64,000 nt of DNA. It comes from Chrysomallon squamiferum (taxonomy: Eukaryota; Animalia; Mollusca). Below are positions 1-15,645 of this stretch, in pieces. Below the pieces are notes generated by a model. That model was not told where the DNA came from, ran no database searches, and was given only the letters and a program-made list of their open reading frames with translations. Position 1 is the first letter of the stretch. Each line of letters opens with the position of its first letter. A program made the translations under genes and the position numbers. The DNA is taken from positions 10,850,001-10,914,000 of the forward strand of contig CM022675.1 of NCBI GenBank assembly GCA_012295275.1, given 5' to 3'.

Positions 1-36
<36 letters not shown>

Positions 37-827
37 CGTCTTTCACAGTTAAAAAAAAAGTTTCACACAACAGCTAACATGAATCACAGACCACGCACTC
101 CAGTGGGACGCTGAGGAAGACAAAACTTTCGCACAGTATATCTTTTTATTTGTTCTTAAACTTGGGAGATTTGTTCTAATCCCTCGAGACGGCCCTAGCT
201 GCAATCAATCACGAAGAATGGAACAGCAAAGATAAATTTCATTGCGTTAAATTACAAATTTCGTGGACGGGGCCCGTTTTCAAAGTCGACCGGTTTTAAT
301 TTCGTCCAAAAAAAAAAAAAAAAAAAAAAAAAAAGAGAGAAGAAAGAGAAGAGAAAAAAAGAAAAAAAAAAAAAAGGGGGAAAAATCTGATCACCAAACT
401 TACGAATAACATTCGCGTTCGCAATCAAGAATTTAATCTTATTGTTACGTTGCATTGTTTGAATCTCTCCCTAACCCCATCAAAAAAAAAAAAAAAAAAG
501 AATTCTAATCCATCCGACATGCTGCTGAAGAACCAATCGCCGACTGGAATGAATTCGACATTCGCCAAATCGAACTGCAATGACAAAATGTCAGCTTGCT
601 TCCAATTGGACCAGCGGTCCCGCGGCAACAAAAGAAAGCAATCTATTTCGCGAGATTTCTTGCCAAATCACGGCGGAGATGGCAATATTTTACGTCGCTT
701 TCTGACAACGTACAATTTCACTCGCGTCTGACTGTGGGACACCCAATCGCAGAGGGCATTTTTCAAAAGAAGGGAGGTAATTACTATCTGATACTTTTGT
801 TTCTAGAACTCTTTTGTTGTTAACTTT

Positions 828-861
<34 letters not shown>

Positions 862-1011
862 TTCACCCATTTTTTTTTTTTTTTTTTTTTTTTTCATTTT
901 ATTTTCATTTGCAGAATTAACTTGGGAAAAAAGTTTTCTTCTTCTTCTTCTTCTTCTTCTTCTTCATCGACTTCAATTTTTTTTTTTTTTTTTTTTTTAA
1001 TTTTTTTTTTT

Positions 1012-1099
<88 letters not shown>

Positions 1100-1596
1100 A
1101 CACAAGTCTTAAAGCTCAGCTGGTTTCCTAATGAATGCTTCGGAGCACCTTGGAGAGAAATAAGAAGATACGTTACGAATGAAACAAATTTGTCTTCGTT
1201 AGATTGCAGAGATACGAGCAATTATTCACAGATGAAATATGCTCGGCCCTGCTTTTCTTCAGGCGTTCAAAAAACATTTCATTGTCTGAATAAGAGCAAA
1301 GTACAAAGACGCATGCAGGTGCGAGAATGGAAGTATAGCTTTCTTTCTTGTTCGAGTGTGTGTGTGCGTGTGTATGTGTGTGTGTGATGCGTATGTGTGT
1401 GTGATGCGTGTGTGTTTGTAACAGAGCGTGTGTATGATGTGTATGTGTGTTTGATTCGTTTTAATTGTTTCTTTATTTCTTTATTAATTTTATTTATATA
1501 TTTATTTATTTATTTATTTGTTTATTTATTGTTTTGTTTATTTATTTATTTGTTTATTTATAATTACTACAATGCAGCTACTACCACTACTACTAC

Positions 1597-1655
<59 letters not shown>

Positions 1656-2360
1656 CAATAAAAATAAAAATAACAATAATAATAATAACAATAAAAATAA
1701 TAATAATAACAATAATAACAATAACAATAACAACAACAGCAACAACAACACAACAATAATAATAATCATCATAATTATCGTCATTATTAATACTTTTATT
1801 ATTATTATTTGCTTATATAAAATTTCTGGAATATTCTGGTACATTTCAAAATATAATTAATGTTTAGATCTTTCTCAGTGTCAGTGACCGTTTACGTTTT
1901 GTCAATAACTTTACAGGACAAGAAGTTCGACTTTATAGATTTCTAATATTTTATTATTATTTAACAATTCTGTTTCTGAAAAGCGTAAATAATAATTTAA
2001 AAACTGGTTCGTATGATAGACTATTGCATGTTTGTTTTGGAGATTATGCAGACATATTCAATTAATTTTATCATAAAATACGATTTTTGGATTTTGCCTG
2101 CTGTGATAATATTTAAATTAGTTCTGCATCTCGCCTCGTATGTAAACAGAGTGATTGGGGTAATATTTGAATAACGCTAAATTAATTTAAAATATTAACA
2201 AGATCGTCAGAAAAAAAAAAAAAAAAAAAAAAATAATAATAATAATAATAATAATGAAATAAGAGAAAATTTAAAAAAAAAAATTAAAATTAATTTGTTT
2301 TTAAAGTGTTTTTACAAAAATCGTGGTTAAATATAATATATTATGTAAGTTGTCCTTTGA

Positions 2361-2403
<43 letters not shown>

Positions 2404-3073
2404 TATTATTATTATCATCATCACTATTACTACTATTTTATTGTTCTTGTTGTTTGTTAGTTGTTATTGTTGCTGCAACAGTGGTTTTGACGTTATTTCC
2501 ACAATTTTTAAATAAGATCATCATCACTATATTACTACTACTACTACTACTACTACTACTAATAATAATAATAATAATAAAAATAATAACAACAACAAGA
2601 GAAAGAAGACGACTGTTCACATTTCGCAGTTTTCAATAACCGACTGAAATAATTATAATTATTTAGGTCACAGCATTCGCGACTACTAATGCAAACACAT
2701 TACTCTTTCATGTCGACATTTCCTCACGTTTAAATACAATTATCACGCTATAACAACATCAGCGCGTTCGTGGCGAAGTAGTGAATTAAAAGAAATTTTG
2801 TATTTAATGTCCACTCATAATTATAATGAAAGCGGTAGCCGCGGTATGAAAAATAGGAGTAAACCCGCGATAAATTCATTGAGAATTAAAAATTCAAAAT
2901 GTAATTATAACTCTGGCGCGAGAATCTATGTAGTAATGGAAATGATGATGATGATGATGATGCTGATGAAAATAATAATAATAATAAAATAACAACAATA
3001 GTAGTAGTAGTAGTAGTAGTAGCAGTAGTAGTAGTAATAATAATAATATTTATTTATTTATTTATTTATTTGT

Positions 3074-3120
<47 letters not shown>

Positions 3121-3510
3121 TTTGTTTGTTTGTTTGTTTGTTTGTTTTATTTGTTTATTTGTTTATTTATTTATTTATTTATTTGTTTATTTGTTTGTTT
3201 GTTTGTTTACTTATTTATTTGTTTATTTATGTATTTATTTATTTATTTATTTATTTTCTCTTTTGTTCTTTTTTTTCTCTCTTTTTGTAATTAATTGCAA
3301 CCATTAGAAATTTAATAAAATAAATAAGTAATATGACAAATACGAATATCAATGCGTGATCCTTATTGTAACTAAAAACTCGGACTGAATTTATTTTTGT
3401 TTTTTTTTTGTTGTTGTTTTTGGGGGCGAACGCGAATATGTGCGAGGGTCGTAAGTGCGTGCGTATGTGTGTGTATTTGTATATATATTTTTGTTGTTGT
3501 TGTTGTTTTC

Positions 3511-3547
<37 letters not shown>

Positions 3548-3603
3548 TAGATAGATAGATATATATGTATATTATATATATATCGCTAACTTTATCTGTA
3601 ATG

Positions 3604-3690
3604 TCAGTATTAGGTTATTTTATTGCAATAACTGTCATCTTATCTGATTTCCAATAAGAAATGAAATTCTGCTGATATAATCAGCAAAAA
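3604..3690 (+). repeat. Short dispersed repeat, copy 1 (~85 bp)
   Basis: TCAGTATTMGGTTATTTTATTGCAATAAMTGTCAT...CAATAAGAAAT...GATATA is shared with 7320-7408. Confidence 0.8.
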
Positions 3691-3789
3691 ACACAAAAAA
3701 CAACAACATTAGAACAGAAATATCAGAAGCAGCTCCGCAGTCTATTTCTTACATGTTGTATAATATACGATATCTTAATCTTCATTAAC

Positions 3790-4280
3790 TCCGATGTGCG
3801 TCTGTCGCTTTGAAGTGAAACGGACACCGACACTTGAGACATAGGGGCACTTCTGCGCGTTGCCGAACATGTGGCAATGATGACGTTCTCCCCACGACGC
3901 CAATATTCGGCGTATCGCCGCGTCTCCCCGCGACTCCGCGCTACGAGCGATAAATTACCGCGTCACGTCGCGATTCGTTCCGTTTGTTCGGCGGGAGTCG
4001 CCGAGACGTTTCCGCTGCCGATTATATCCGAGCAGTTGATGGCGTCGTCGTCGTCGCGTCGTCTGGGCTATCGTTTCGCGCCAATTTCTCTGATCTCGAC
4101 GAGGCTGAAAGTGGGCACAAGCACCTATCCTCCCCCCGCCTGCCCTCCACTCGTCTGTGTTTCTTTCTCAAGAGCTCTTTGCGAAAAAGCATCATCTACC
4201 CTAAGTTCCTCTCGCTGAAAACGATTCTTTCGTCATCAAGTATCGCTTTATGAGATAATTTCGATTTTTGCGCGACATTT
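3790..4280. promoter_or_regulatory. CpG-dense intronic island, candidate enhancer/promoter
   Basis: ~490 bp of GC-rich, repeat-free sequence with many CG dinucleotides against an AT-rich background; no credible ORF. Confidence 0.5.
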
Positions 4281-4303
4281 GGTTCTTTTTTGCTTTCTCT
4301 TGA

Positions 4304-4336
<33 letters not shown>

Positions 4337-5173
4337 TACTTTGTTTCTTTTTTCTTTCAGTTCATTAAGCAACAGCGCCCGATATAAGCGAAAAAAAAAA
4401 AAAAAAAAAAAAAAAAAACGACTGCGATCATTGGCTAGGATTTCATATCTGTTTTGTTTTAATAATCATTTAGCGGAAAAGAGAAAAAGATAAAAAATAA
4501 AAAAAATAAAAATAAAAAAAAAAAAAACCCAGAGAAGAAAGTACTTGGATATTTAATGTACGAATGGGAGGGGCTAACTCAGTCTACAGACGTACTAATG
4601 ACAAACAGAAGCTACTTTACCTTCTGACTAATTCAATTACGACTAACTACCTTTTAACAGCGTGATTGACTGCAACTGTACGATCTTTTAAGATGTTCTT
4701 CCAAGGCAGAAAAGCATACCAGTCTTGACAGATTTTTTTTTTTTTTTTTTTTTTTGAGTTTTATTAAAGCGAACGACTGAAGTAGTACCCGTACTTTTCC
4801 TCTCTCTCTCTCTCTCTCTCACTCTCTCTACGCACGCAGAAAGGTATCACGAACGTTTCTCGTTTCAGTCAATCAGACGTAATGGGACTAATAGACGCAC
4901 GCATTAACTAATTTGCAAGCATCAAGAAACGGTAAATAGATGTGTTTGTTTCAACGACGGTTACTTACCGATCACGTTATTTCGGGATTCGCTTCGACGC
5001 AAATTTAATAAACGTAAATGAATATCGCGTGTTGTTCGTATCAAAGGGAAAACCCGATTAGGGAAGGAAAGAGTGTGGTTCAGCAGGTGAAACAAGGCAA
5101 GAAAAAGAAGACCAGAGAAAGGATTCGAAAGATGCAAATACGTACGTGAAGCGAGAGAGAGAATGAGAGAGAG

Positions 5174-5260
<87 letters not shown>

Positions 5261-6086
5261 GATTAATTATTTAACTGTTTGAATGGATATATTAGATACA
5301 GATAACCAAACTGATAGTGAGATAAACACAGAGACATACAGAATATATAACTACTTATAATTTCAGTTGGTACATATGTGTGCTTGACTATGTGCTGTTA
5401 CTGGATGTATATCTGTGTGCGCGTGAATGTATATTTGCATATATTTCTGTGGATGCCTGTGTATGTAATATGTATGTATGTATGTGATGTATGAATGTAT
5501 GTACGTATGTATGTATATATGTGTGTGTGTGTGTGTTCGTTTTTTTATATATCACCTAAGATAAATCATTAAATGTTTTTCCTTTAAAAAACACATGAAT
5601 ATTTGCATAATTTCCAATTATAGCGTAATCTGTAAACTATGGATTTTAAATGTATTTGTACAGTGTCTGATATTTACATTAAAGAGTGAAACTGGATTAA
5701 CATACTTCAAAGAAACATATCATCTGAACAGTATTTCGTTAAAATACTATAATATTTTGTGTGCTGTCATGAAAGTAAGAAAATAAATATCTTTTCATCA
5801 AAAGAAAAACAATATAATATACACTTCAGTGAAGTATGGTACAGTATAGTATAGTATAGCATAACATAGAATAGTATAGTAAAGCATAGCATAATACAGT
5901 ATAATATATTACAATATAGTGTATAGTATATTATAATAAGAAGTAAGAAAAGAATCACTTTAATAAAAGTGTATATTAAATTAAAAGATAAATAATAATA
6001 ATATATTTTAAATGAAGTTAATATTTTTATGGTTGTCTGTATTTTGCAGTTTCAGTCATTTTGCTCATTCATTTATCATCCTTTCT

Positions 6087-6141
<55 letters not shown>

Positions 6142-7139
6142 GTACACAGACACACACATACTCACACACGCACACACACAGTTTTACTTCTTGTACTATC
6201 TTTTTACCACTGGTTTTTCACCTTTAGACCGTTGTTTCATTTCTCGTTCTTTTCATCCTTCATTCATTCTTTAATTCCTCCTTCCTTTCAACCGTCACTC
6301 ATTCTTTCATTTCTTTTTTTCTTCCTTTCTTTCTTTCTTACTCCTATTTTTCTTTTTTTTTTTTTTTTTAACTTTTTGATTTTTTTCTTCTTTTTTCTTT
6401 TTCCTTTTTTTTTTTACCCTCTTACTTTCTCGTTTTAACCCTCGCCAATAAATAACCGTGAAGAATGCAGCGTTTCAAAGACATATATTATTCGCAATGC
6501 TCTGCGCGGGACAATAACAGTCATCTCCATTTTGGCGGTACATGTTAACACGCCGAAAGAATGTCTGCGCGACAACATCTCACCAGGCAATTAGCCAGAC
6601 TTTCGTTACAACGTCAACAGCGGGGACCACGGTGTAAGCATTCTTTTGTTCATTCTTGTGCACCAGTTACTGTCATTCTGCCCACAGGACGAAACTTTTT
6701 TTTTTTTAATTTTTTTTTTTTTTTTTCTTTTCCCCCCCCCTCCTCCGTTCCCGTTCTTTGCTCTCTTTCGCTCTTTCTTTTCAAGTCGTCTACGCCAACA
6801 TCAGCGAGCTCCTAAATTATGGAAATGCACCGTTAACGTAGTTGGCGAGGTCGTGTGTGTTTCTGAAACACACGGTACGCGCGGCCCCCGATGCTGTCTT
6901 CACTGGTGTTGAAATGTCTACGGTTAAAATGCATCCCGACTGTTTAGTTTAAAGTCTGAAAGCGCCGAGAGATGGGCCATATGTCAGCTTCCTTTTGTTT
7001 TATTGTTGCTGTATGTTCTTTGTGTCTGCTTGTTTTCTTTGTCTGCTCTCTTACGCGTAGACAGTTGTGAATGAACGTTTGTCTTGTTTCCTTCCTTCTT
7101 TATTTATTTATTTAATAAATAAATAAATATGATGTTTGT

Positions 7140-7289
<150 letters not shown>

Positions 7290-7319
7290 CTATTTTCTTG
7301 TAAATCTCTGTCTCTGGTA

Positions 7320-7408
7320 TCAGTATTCGGTTATTTTATTGCAATAAATGTCATGCTGTTGTCTTGTTTGCAATAAGAAATAAAATGTTACGATATAGTC
7401 AATAAAAC
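7320..7408 (+). repeat. Short dispersed repeat, copy 2
   Basis: Same sequence family as 3604-3690, same orientation. Confidence 0.8.
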
Positions 7409-8271
7409 ATGAAAATGAAATTTGTAATGAAAACAAAATCCAGCTCAAACTCGAAACCAAGGCAAACGGAAACAAACTAACTCAGTAATTTAGAAAATAA
7501 GAAAAAAGTATCACAGTTTATCAATAAATAATCAGATTCGTGTTCTTGAGTGTTCTACCATTTTCCCTTATATTGATTAACTCTGTGTAACATACAATTC
7601 CACATGTATATACTCACATACACACACACACATACATATACACACACAAATGCATATATATACACACATACACACAAACACACCCACACACACTGATATA
7701 ATATTATTTTCAATAAAAAAATAAAAGCATCAATTAGTATTTATTAGACACTTTTATTTTTGTTCATTTTTATATATATACATATACGTTAAAAAACTTG
7801 AATAAAGGATAAAGGGGAACGAAAAACAAACAAAAGAGATATAGTTTACAACACTGATACTTTCACTTGTGTTTTGTTTTTAACAAAAATTAAAAAAAAA
7901 AAAAAAAAAAAAAATTAAAAATGTCAAACACGGCACACCCACATTAACACATGTTCAGAAGAAGAAGAAGAAGAAGAAGAAGAAAGAAAGAAAGAAGAAA
8001 AATGATAACAGAGAATGCGAACACACCTGATCTCAACGGCTATATTTAACTTTGAACACAGTCTTCAAAACATGTCGCGAAATAATGTAGTAGAGCCTTA
8101 GCTACATGCTAATCAGATTTAATCTAACATATCTAGAAAAATCATTAACAACAAACGTTAATGAACTAACCATAATTATTTTCTACACATTTCAATATAT
8201 CCACCAAATATTCCAGATGTTCAATCACGCCTGTTCTGGACCACACTATGACATGGTAAAAAAAAAAAAAA

Positions 8272-8311
<40 letters not shown>

Positions 8312-9371
8312 AGATATATACACACATAACGTACGTGTCTATTGTCATTTCACGTTTTTCTTGGATGTCAATCGCTGTGAGCTGCCGTTAAAATGTCAGC
8401 GCTACAAAGGTGTAAATTACAAGCAATGAAATCACGGTACATGACGGCCATTATGACTTCAAAAGGAGAATAACTTCCGGAAATTATCGGATCGCGGTTT
8501 GTCAGGTTTATGGCGCGGTGCATGTTGGGAGTCTGTTTATATATTCAGTTCTTAGTGTTTATTTTTTTTTTTTTTTACTGTTCCGTTGATCGGTTATTAT
8601 ATATTTGCTTTCTGTTGTGAATTTTATTGTTGAGTTTTTTTTTTTTTTTTTTTTTTTATTAAATTGTTATCGTTATTATTATTTTTTTTTTATTATTTTA
8701 TTTATGGAATATGCATAGATGTATGCATTTATTGACTTATTTTCTAAATGATTGTATTAGTTTTCATTTATTTATTTGTTTGTTTGTTTGTTTGTTTGTT
8801 TATTTATTTATTTGTTTATTTGTTGTTTTTTTAATTATTTGTTTGTTTGTTTATTAATTTATTCTCGTTTATTCTATTTGTATACTTTGTTTTGGGTTGT
8901 TGTTATCTTTTTTGAGATTTTATTTATTGTTTTAATCCACCTAGCTTTTAGTATATTTATTTAATCAAGTACTTTTATTTTAATTATTTCTTGTGCACAT
9001 TTATTTCAATGATAAGAAAGTTAAACGAATAAATAAACAAACAAACAAACAAACAAACAGATATAAACAAGCAAACAAACAAACAAACAAACAAACAAAC
9101 AAATAAATAAATAAAACCAAACCACTCAGTAGGTAATGAAAAATAGACTAAATAAACAGGTAAACAAACAAAATGTACACGAAATCATTACCCCGCTGTC
9201 TTCCGTCACATGCCAAATTGTAAAATTAATTCAGCTGTTTGGCTTCATTCACGAAAAACAAAACAAAACGTTACAAAAAAAAAAAAAAAAAAAAAAAAAA
9301 AGGTCATTAATAAAATCAGATAATAGATCTAATATGTCTAAACAGCGTCGATTCAATACGACAATGTGCAT

Positions 9372-9428
<57 letters not shown>

Positions 9429-9432
9429 TTTT

Positions 9433-9466
<34 letters not shown>

Positions 9467-9596
9467 TCTTTCAGGAATTTATCAAACTAGAGGGTTTAAA
9501 AGTATTTCTTTTCTGCGTCATTCTCCAAACCGCATTTTGTCAAACTCACAAATGATTTTTCTATCGTATTATAATTATTTGTTGATGGATGGACGC

Positions 9597-9690
9597 TCCC
9601 ACCCCCTGCACCCCACCCTTTACACCCCACCCCTTCACACCCCACCCCTTACACCCCACCCTTTACACCCCACCCTTCACACCCCACCCC
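9597..9690 (-). repeat. 14-15 bp C-rich tandem repeat (ACACCCCACCCTTY)x~6; G-quadruplex-forming on the transcribed strand
   Basis: Read directly; the minus strand has about a dozen G3-G5 runs with 1-6 nt loops. Confidence 0.85.
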
Positions 9691-10168
9691 TAGATTCCGC
9701 CGCAGGCTGCCTAGACACACGGTCTTTCTTTTTTTTTTCACACAACAATGGCGGAAAGGATGTCAGGTACGAGTGTTGCCACTTTAATAGCAAACTGCTG
9801 CTACCAGCGCCTCGATTTATGATGACATGCGTGAATAGTGTTTCATCTAATACATATTTAATTTGAAATCGTAAACGACTTTTCGAATACCCTGCCGAAT
9901 GATAACTGTTCAGTATTTCTGTTGGTTCTAGTATGCTAATAGGGAAGACGAAATGTATTATTCACCCTCTCCCCCCCCACCCACCACCACCACCACTCCA
10001 CTCTTCAAAAAAAAAGAAAAGAAAAAAAGAAAAAGAAGAAGAAGAAAAAAAAAATGTGTCATGGATTTGTTAATTCGGATCTGGCAGAAAGGAAGATGCA
10101 TATATTTAAGAACGACTGCCGTTAATCATTGATTGGTGAAGCTTAGTGTTGATTTAAGTTTAGGATCA

Positions 10169-10206
<38 letters not shown>

Positions 10207-10384
10207 TGTCTGTGAATTAAGTGGAATAGAAATTCAAGAAAACAAAAAAGAATTAAAATGAAAATGAAAATGAAAATAAAAATAATAAAAAATAAAAATA
10301 AAAAATAAAAATAAAATATATATAAAAATAATAATAATAATAATTAGTACGACCACGATGATTCGCTTATTATGGTGAATAAAT

Positions 10385-10455
<71 letters not shown>

Positions 10456-11442
10456 TATGTATATATGTATATAAATCATTTTTTGTTTATCATTTTGTTA
10501 TTAATAATAAATAAAAATAAATAATTTTTGTTTTTCTATTGTTACTGATAATAAATAAATAGATAATAGTAACACATTATCTACGTTTCTTGTTTTGGTT
10601 TCATGAACACTAACACTAGCAGATATTTGATCGTGGTGTGTCATTCGATACTCTACGGTAGTTTTCGGTTTCCTCTCTCGGGACCGTCGGAAGAAACCGA
10701 AGTAGAAGAAGAAACGCCAAATTAAAAAAACAAACTCGCTGATGTTTTAATGCTTACTAAATATAGCCCTAGATCAAAAGAAACATCATCTTACTAAATC
10801 TTTGTTTCTCATATATATATATATATATTTCTTTTTCGATTTTGATTTCAATGATAATTATTAGCAATAATATGCCATTGTTTTGTTTAATTAATTAATT
10901 TATCTTACTGAAAAATTCTACTACTACTACTACTATTACTACTACTACTAATAATAATAATTATAACAATAATAACAACAACAACAGTTTTTATAAATAA
11001 ATAAATAAATAAAGTCACGAACGCAAATGCGCGAATACACGTATGAAGATAGATATTTACAGATTAAAGTTAGGTAGATACAGAGAAAGATATATGTTTG
11101 TTTGTGTATCTATACATGTAAGTATGTGGTGTGTGTATATATTTGTTAATGAATGTATGTGTGTATGTGTGTGTGTGTGTGTGTATACGCATGCATGTAT
11201 ATCTGAATGTACTTATGCATATATGTATGTACCTATACAAATAAATGTCTGCACTAAGTATGAAATGAAGTTTTTATAAGGCTGCGTACGTAATAAAGTT
11301 TTCAGAAACTGACAGTTGACATTCAAACTCGATAGAGAGAAATGATCTGGTAAACTGTTGGTTGACGTATTTACAGAATATATATATATATATATACACT
11401 CTTTTATGTATTTATTAATACTTTTTTAAAATTAAATTTAAA

Positions 11443-11477
<35 letters not shown>

Positions 11478-11671
11478 ATATATATATATAAATATTAAAT
11501 ATAAGTGTTATAACTAAAAAATAATAATACTTATCAGAGTAACAACAACGTCCACAACAACGACAGTAGTAATAATCGTAACAACAACAACAACAACCAG
11601 AAGAACAATAACAATAATTCTGATAGTAGTAGTAGTACTATTTTAATAATAATAACAATCTCTCTCTCTCT

Positions 11672-11812
<141 letters not shown>

Positions 11813-12285
11813 ATATAAATACAGTCACAACTTTGTACTGCGGCAGAAGAACACAAAACAAAGTTATTTCGAACCGTCTATTCTTCGCTCGCTCAATTCA
11901 TTGAGGACTTAAACCGAATCGAACACCACTGCATTATTCAGAAACGGGATTCTTTCCCAGATTGTCCCGTCAACTAATACCCAAACCCAGCGACGATGGT
12001 GACAATTTACAACGTGATCTAAACCATGACAGTGGTATACAGACAGAAAAAAAAAAAAAAAAAAAGACAAGAAGAAAAAAAATAAAAATAAAAAAAAATA
12101 ATCTACCGCCACAGATAATATCAAAATCAGCGAGGTTACCGCTTTCAGTTCGGGTGTACAGCTCTGGCAACTCATAAATTTCCACCAGCGTATTGTTCGC
12201 CTTAACAGAAGGAATTTACTCGAATCTTCATTTCGTCTTGAGAATGTACTAAATTACAGCGGTACCCTCAACTCCGCAGAACGTT

Positions 12286-12329
<44 letters not shown>

Positions 12330-12636
12330 TAAAACAATTTTTTAGTTTATTTATTTACTTATTTTATTTTTATTTTTTTTTATTTATTTATTGTTTGAAG
12401 TTTGAAGTTTCATAAATGCAGGTTTTTTGCTTACGAAGATTTTCTTTAAACGAGCTGGAATGGAGGAGAACGTGTTTCCAAGGTTTGTTTCGTCTGCAGT
12501 GTCAAGGTCGTTGTGATAAAAAAGAAAGGTTTGTATATGTTTGTGTAGTTGTTACTCTTCGGAGATAACCTGCAGCTGCTTTGCTACGCGCGGTTCTTTG
12601 TACGTACAGAGCTGGGTTTTAAACACTTCTTAAAAA

Positions 12637-12733
<97 letters not shown>

Positions 12734-12819
12734 TCTCTGTTTGTGTCTGTATATGTTTACATAAATTTATAGATCAGTCCCCATTAAAATACATATATAG
12801 ACAGATTTTCAGACAGAAA

Positions 12820-12871
<52 letters not shown>

Positions 12872-12947
12872 ATAAATACATACAGTAAAAAACAATAAAA
12901 TGTATAATCATGATAATGATGACAACAATAATAATAATATAATAATA

Positions 12948-13011
<64 letters not shown>

Positions 13012-14053
13012 CTCACTACTGCTACTACCACTGATAATAAGAACAACAACAGCAACAGCAATGACAGTGACACATTTTACGACAGAGAAAGAACATAAAC
13101 GCACATCTGTTTATAACTTTGCCAGCTAGAATTATTTATAGTCGTAGCTGTTTCTCAGTTTCAAATAAATCGGATATAAAAACGTAAAGGTTATTTCGGT
13201 TCCAACGTCAACTATTTGCAGCCCACTCCCGCCCCCCCTCCCCCGGAAAAAAATAATAATGAAAAACATAAAAAAAAAAAAAAACATAAAAATAAAATAA
13301 AAATAAACAACAACAAAAAAATACAATAAAATAATAAATATAATAATAAAAATAAAAATAAATATACAAATAAAAATAAAAGTAAAAATAAAAATAAAAG
13401 TAAAAATAAAAATAAAATAAAATAATAAAAATAAATAAAAATGCAATAAAGAAAAAAATATATATAAATAAAAAATAAAATAAATAAAAAACAGATTACT
13501 GATACGGTAAATTATTTTATTTTAAATAATTAATGAATATTTGCTCAACAGCTGAATAGAAACAGTTGCAACTTGACAAACACACTTACCTTTGTTTGTT
13601 TGTTTGTTTCTTTATTTAACTCTTTGTTTCTTTATTTATACTACTCCCACTACAACAACTATCACAACTACTACAGTTACTACTATTAATTAATTAATTA
13701 ATTAATTTATTGATTGATTTAGTTATTCTGTATCAGGGAAAAAAATGAATGATAATTATTATAATAATTAATAAATTAATAAAATAAAATGGAATAAATA
13801 AAATAAAATGAAATTCTGTTTTTGTGCAGAATTAAATTTGTGTTTAAACATATGGAGAGAAAAGTTCAGGTAATAGTGGTAGTGGTAGTTGTAAAAGACG
13901 TAGTAGTAGTGACCTTAGTAGTAATTAGTAATAGAGGTAGTAGCAGTAGTGTTAGTAGCAGTAGTAGTAGTAGTAATTAGTAATAGAAACATTTTAACAC
14001 AGTGAAGGACAATTATTATTATTATTATAAACGTTTTAACACAACGAAGGACA

Positions 14054-14123
<70 letters not shown>

Positions 14124-14386
14124 TTTTTATATATTAATATGGCCTAAATAGATCTCCATACTTTTCTTTTGAATCTACTCAGAGAGAGAAAGAGAGAGAG
14201 GAGGTTATAATGTGTCTCGCATTGTTTACCAGAAACTTGGAATGTTTCCAAATCGTTAATTTACGACTTGTCTGAAGTAACGAATTTTACAGATCCGAAG
14301 GTTTGGATGAAAATGAGAAATCCCCCACCACCCCCAAAAAAAAAAATAAAAAAAAATGTAACGTTTTTTCGGAGAGTAAAAATGTC

Positions 14387-14430
<44 letters not shown>

Positions 14431-15101
14431 TAGAAAAAATAGAAAGATGTCTTGTTTTTATCAGCCCGATGATGAAACAAAACGTAAGTGTCTTTCCGAG
14501 TGTTGAAACAGAACAGAACCTGTGCGAAAGTGATGCGAATTTCATATCACCTTTTGATGCTTTGCTTTTGGCTGTCTCGGCCGGTTCTATTCCAAGACGT
14601 GATTAAAGCCACACGCACTCCGGAGAAATGTAGCATCTCTTCAGGGAGAGCCGAATATGCTAGGATTGTATACGTGCTGTCACGTCATCTAAAGTGTTTG
14701 TGTGTTATCTCTATCACGTGAAACAGAAACAGACGTAGTCTGCTGCTTTGAAATCGGCAACCACCGCAATGAAAACGACTCCGAACTTAATCGCTTACGA
14801 GCTTGTACATTTCCATGTCGTTTTCTCTCTCTCTCTGTTTTTCCTGTTTCTTTTTTTTTTTTTTTCTTTTTTTTTTTTTCGACTGATATAAAACATGTAT
14901 TTAATTTCTGAAGTTTAAATGAATGTTCACTTCCTTGAGTTCGTGAATAAGAGGAGTGGAGGTCGTGATATAATATAATGAAAGGAAAAAAAAAAAAACG
15001 ATTAAACTAAACAAATTGGAGAAAATAGAATATTTTCGCGTTAAATATTCCTTACTGCTGCCACTATTACTGTTATTATTACTTCCATTATTATTATTAT
15101 G

Positions 15102-15152
<51 letters not shown>

Positions 15153-15290
15153 GCTGTTGTTGTTGTTGGTGTTGCTGTTAATTCTAAAATTATTAAGATA
15201 AAAGGGAAACAAACTATGCTATCAATAATTAACAAACATGATTTAAATTATATGCTAACATTTGTTAATTTATTTATGTTCACGTTAACC

Positions 15291-15357
<67 letters not shown>

Positions 15358-15467
15358 GTTTTTTCTAAAATATCTGTAGTAGGCAGGTATAAGAATGGTT
15401 AAAATTAATAACAATAACAACAACAATAATAAAATAAATAAATAAATAAACAATAATAATAATAGTT

Positions 15468-15529
<62 letters not shown>

Positions 15530-15582
15530 TATAATAATAATAATAATAATAATTAATAATAATAATAATAACAACAACAACA

Positions 15583-15645
<63 letters not shown>

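Noticed and set aside
3871-4253. 115-aa and 89-aa ORFs in the CpG island
   Set aside because: No domain similarity or splice context; expected in GC-rich sequence.
10071-10088. AATTCGGATCT, partial reverse complement of miR-10-5p
   Set aside because: The seed portion (ACAGGGT) is absent; no hairpin.
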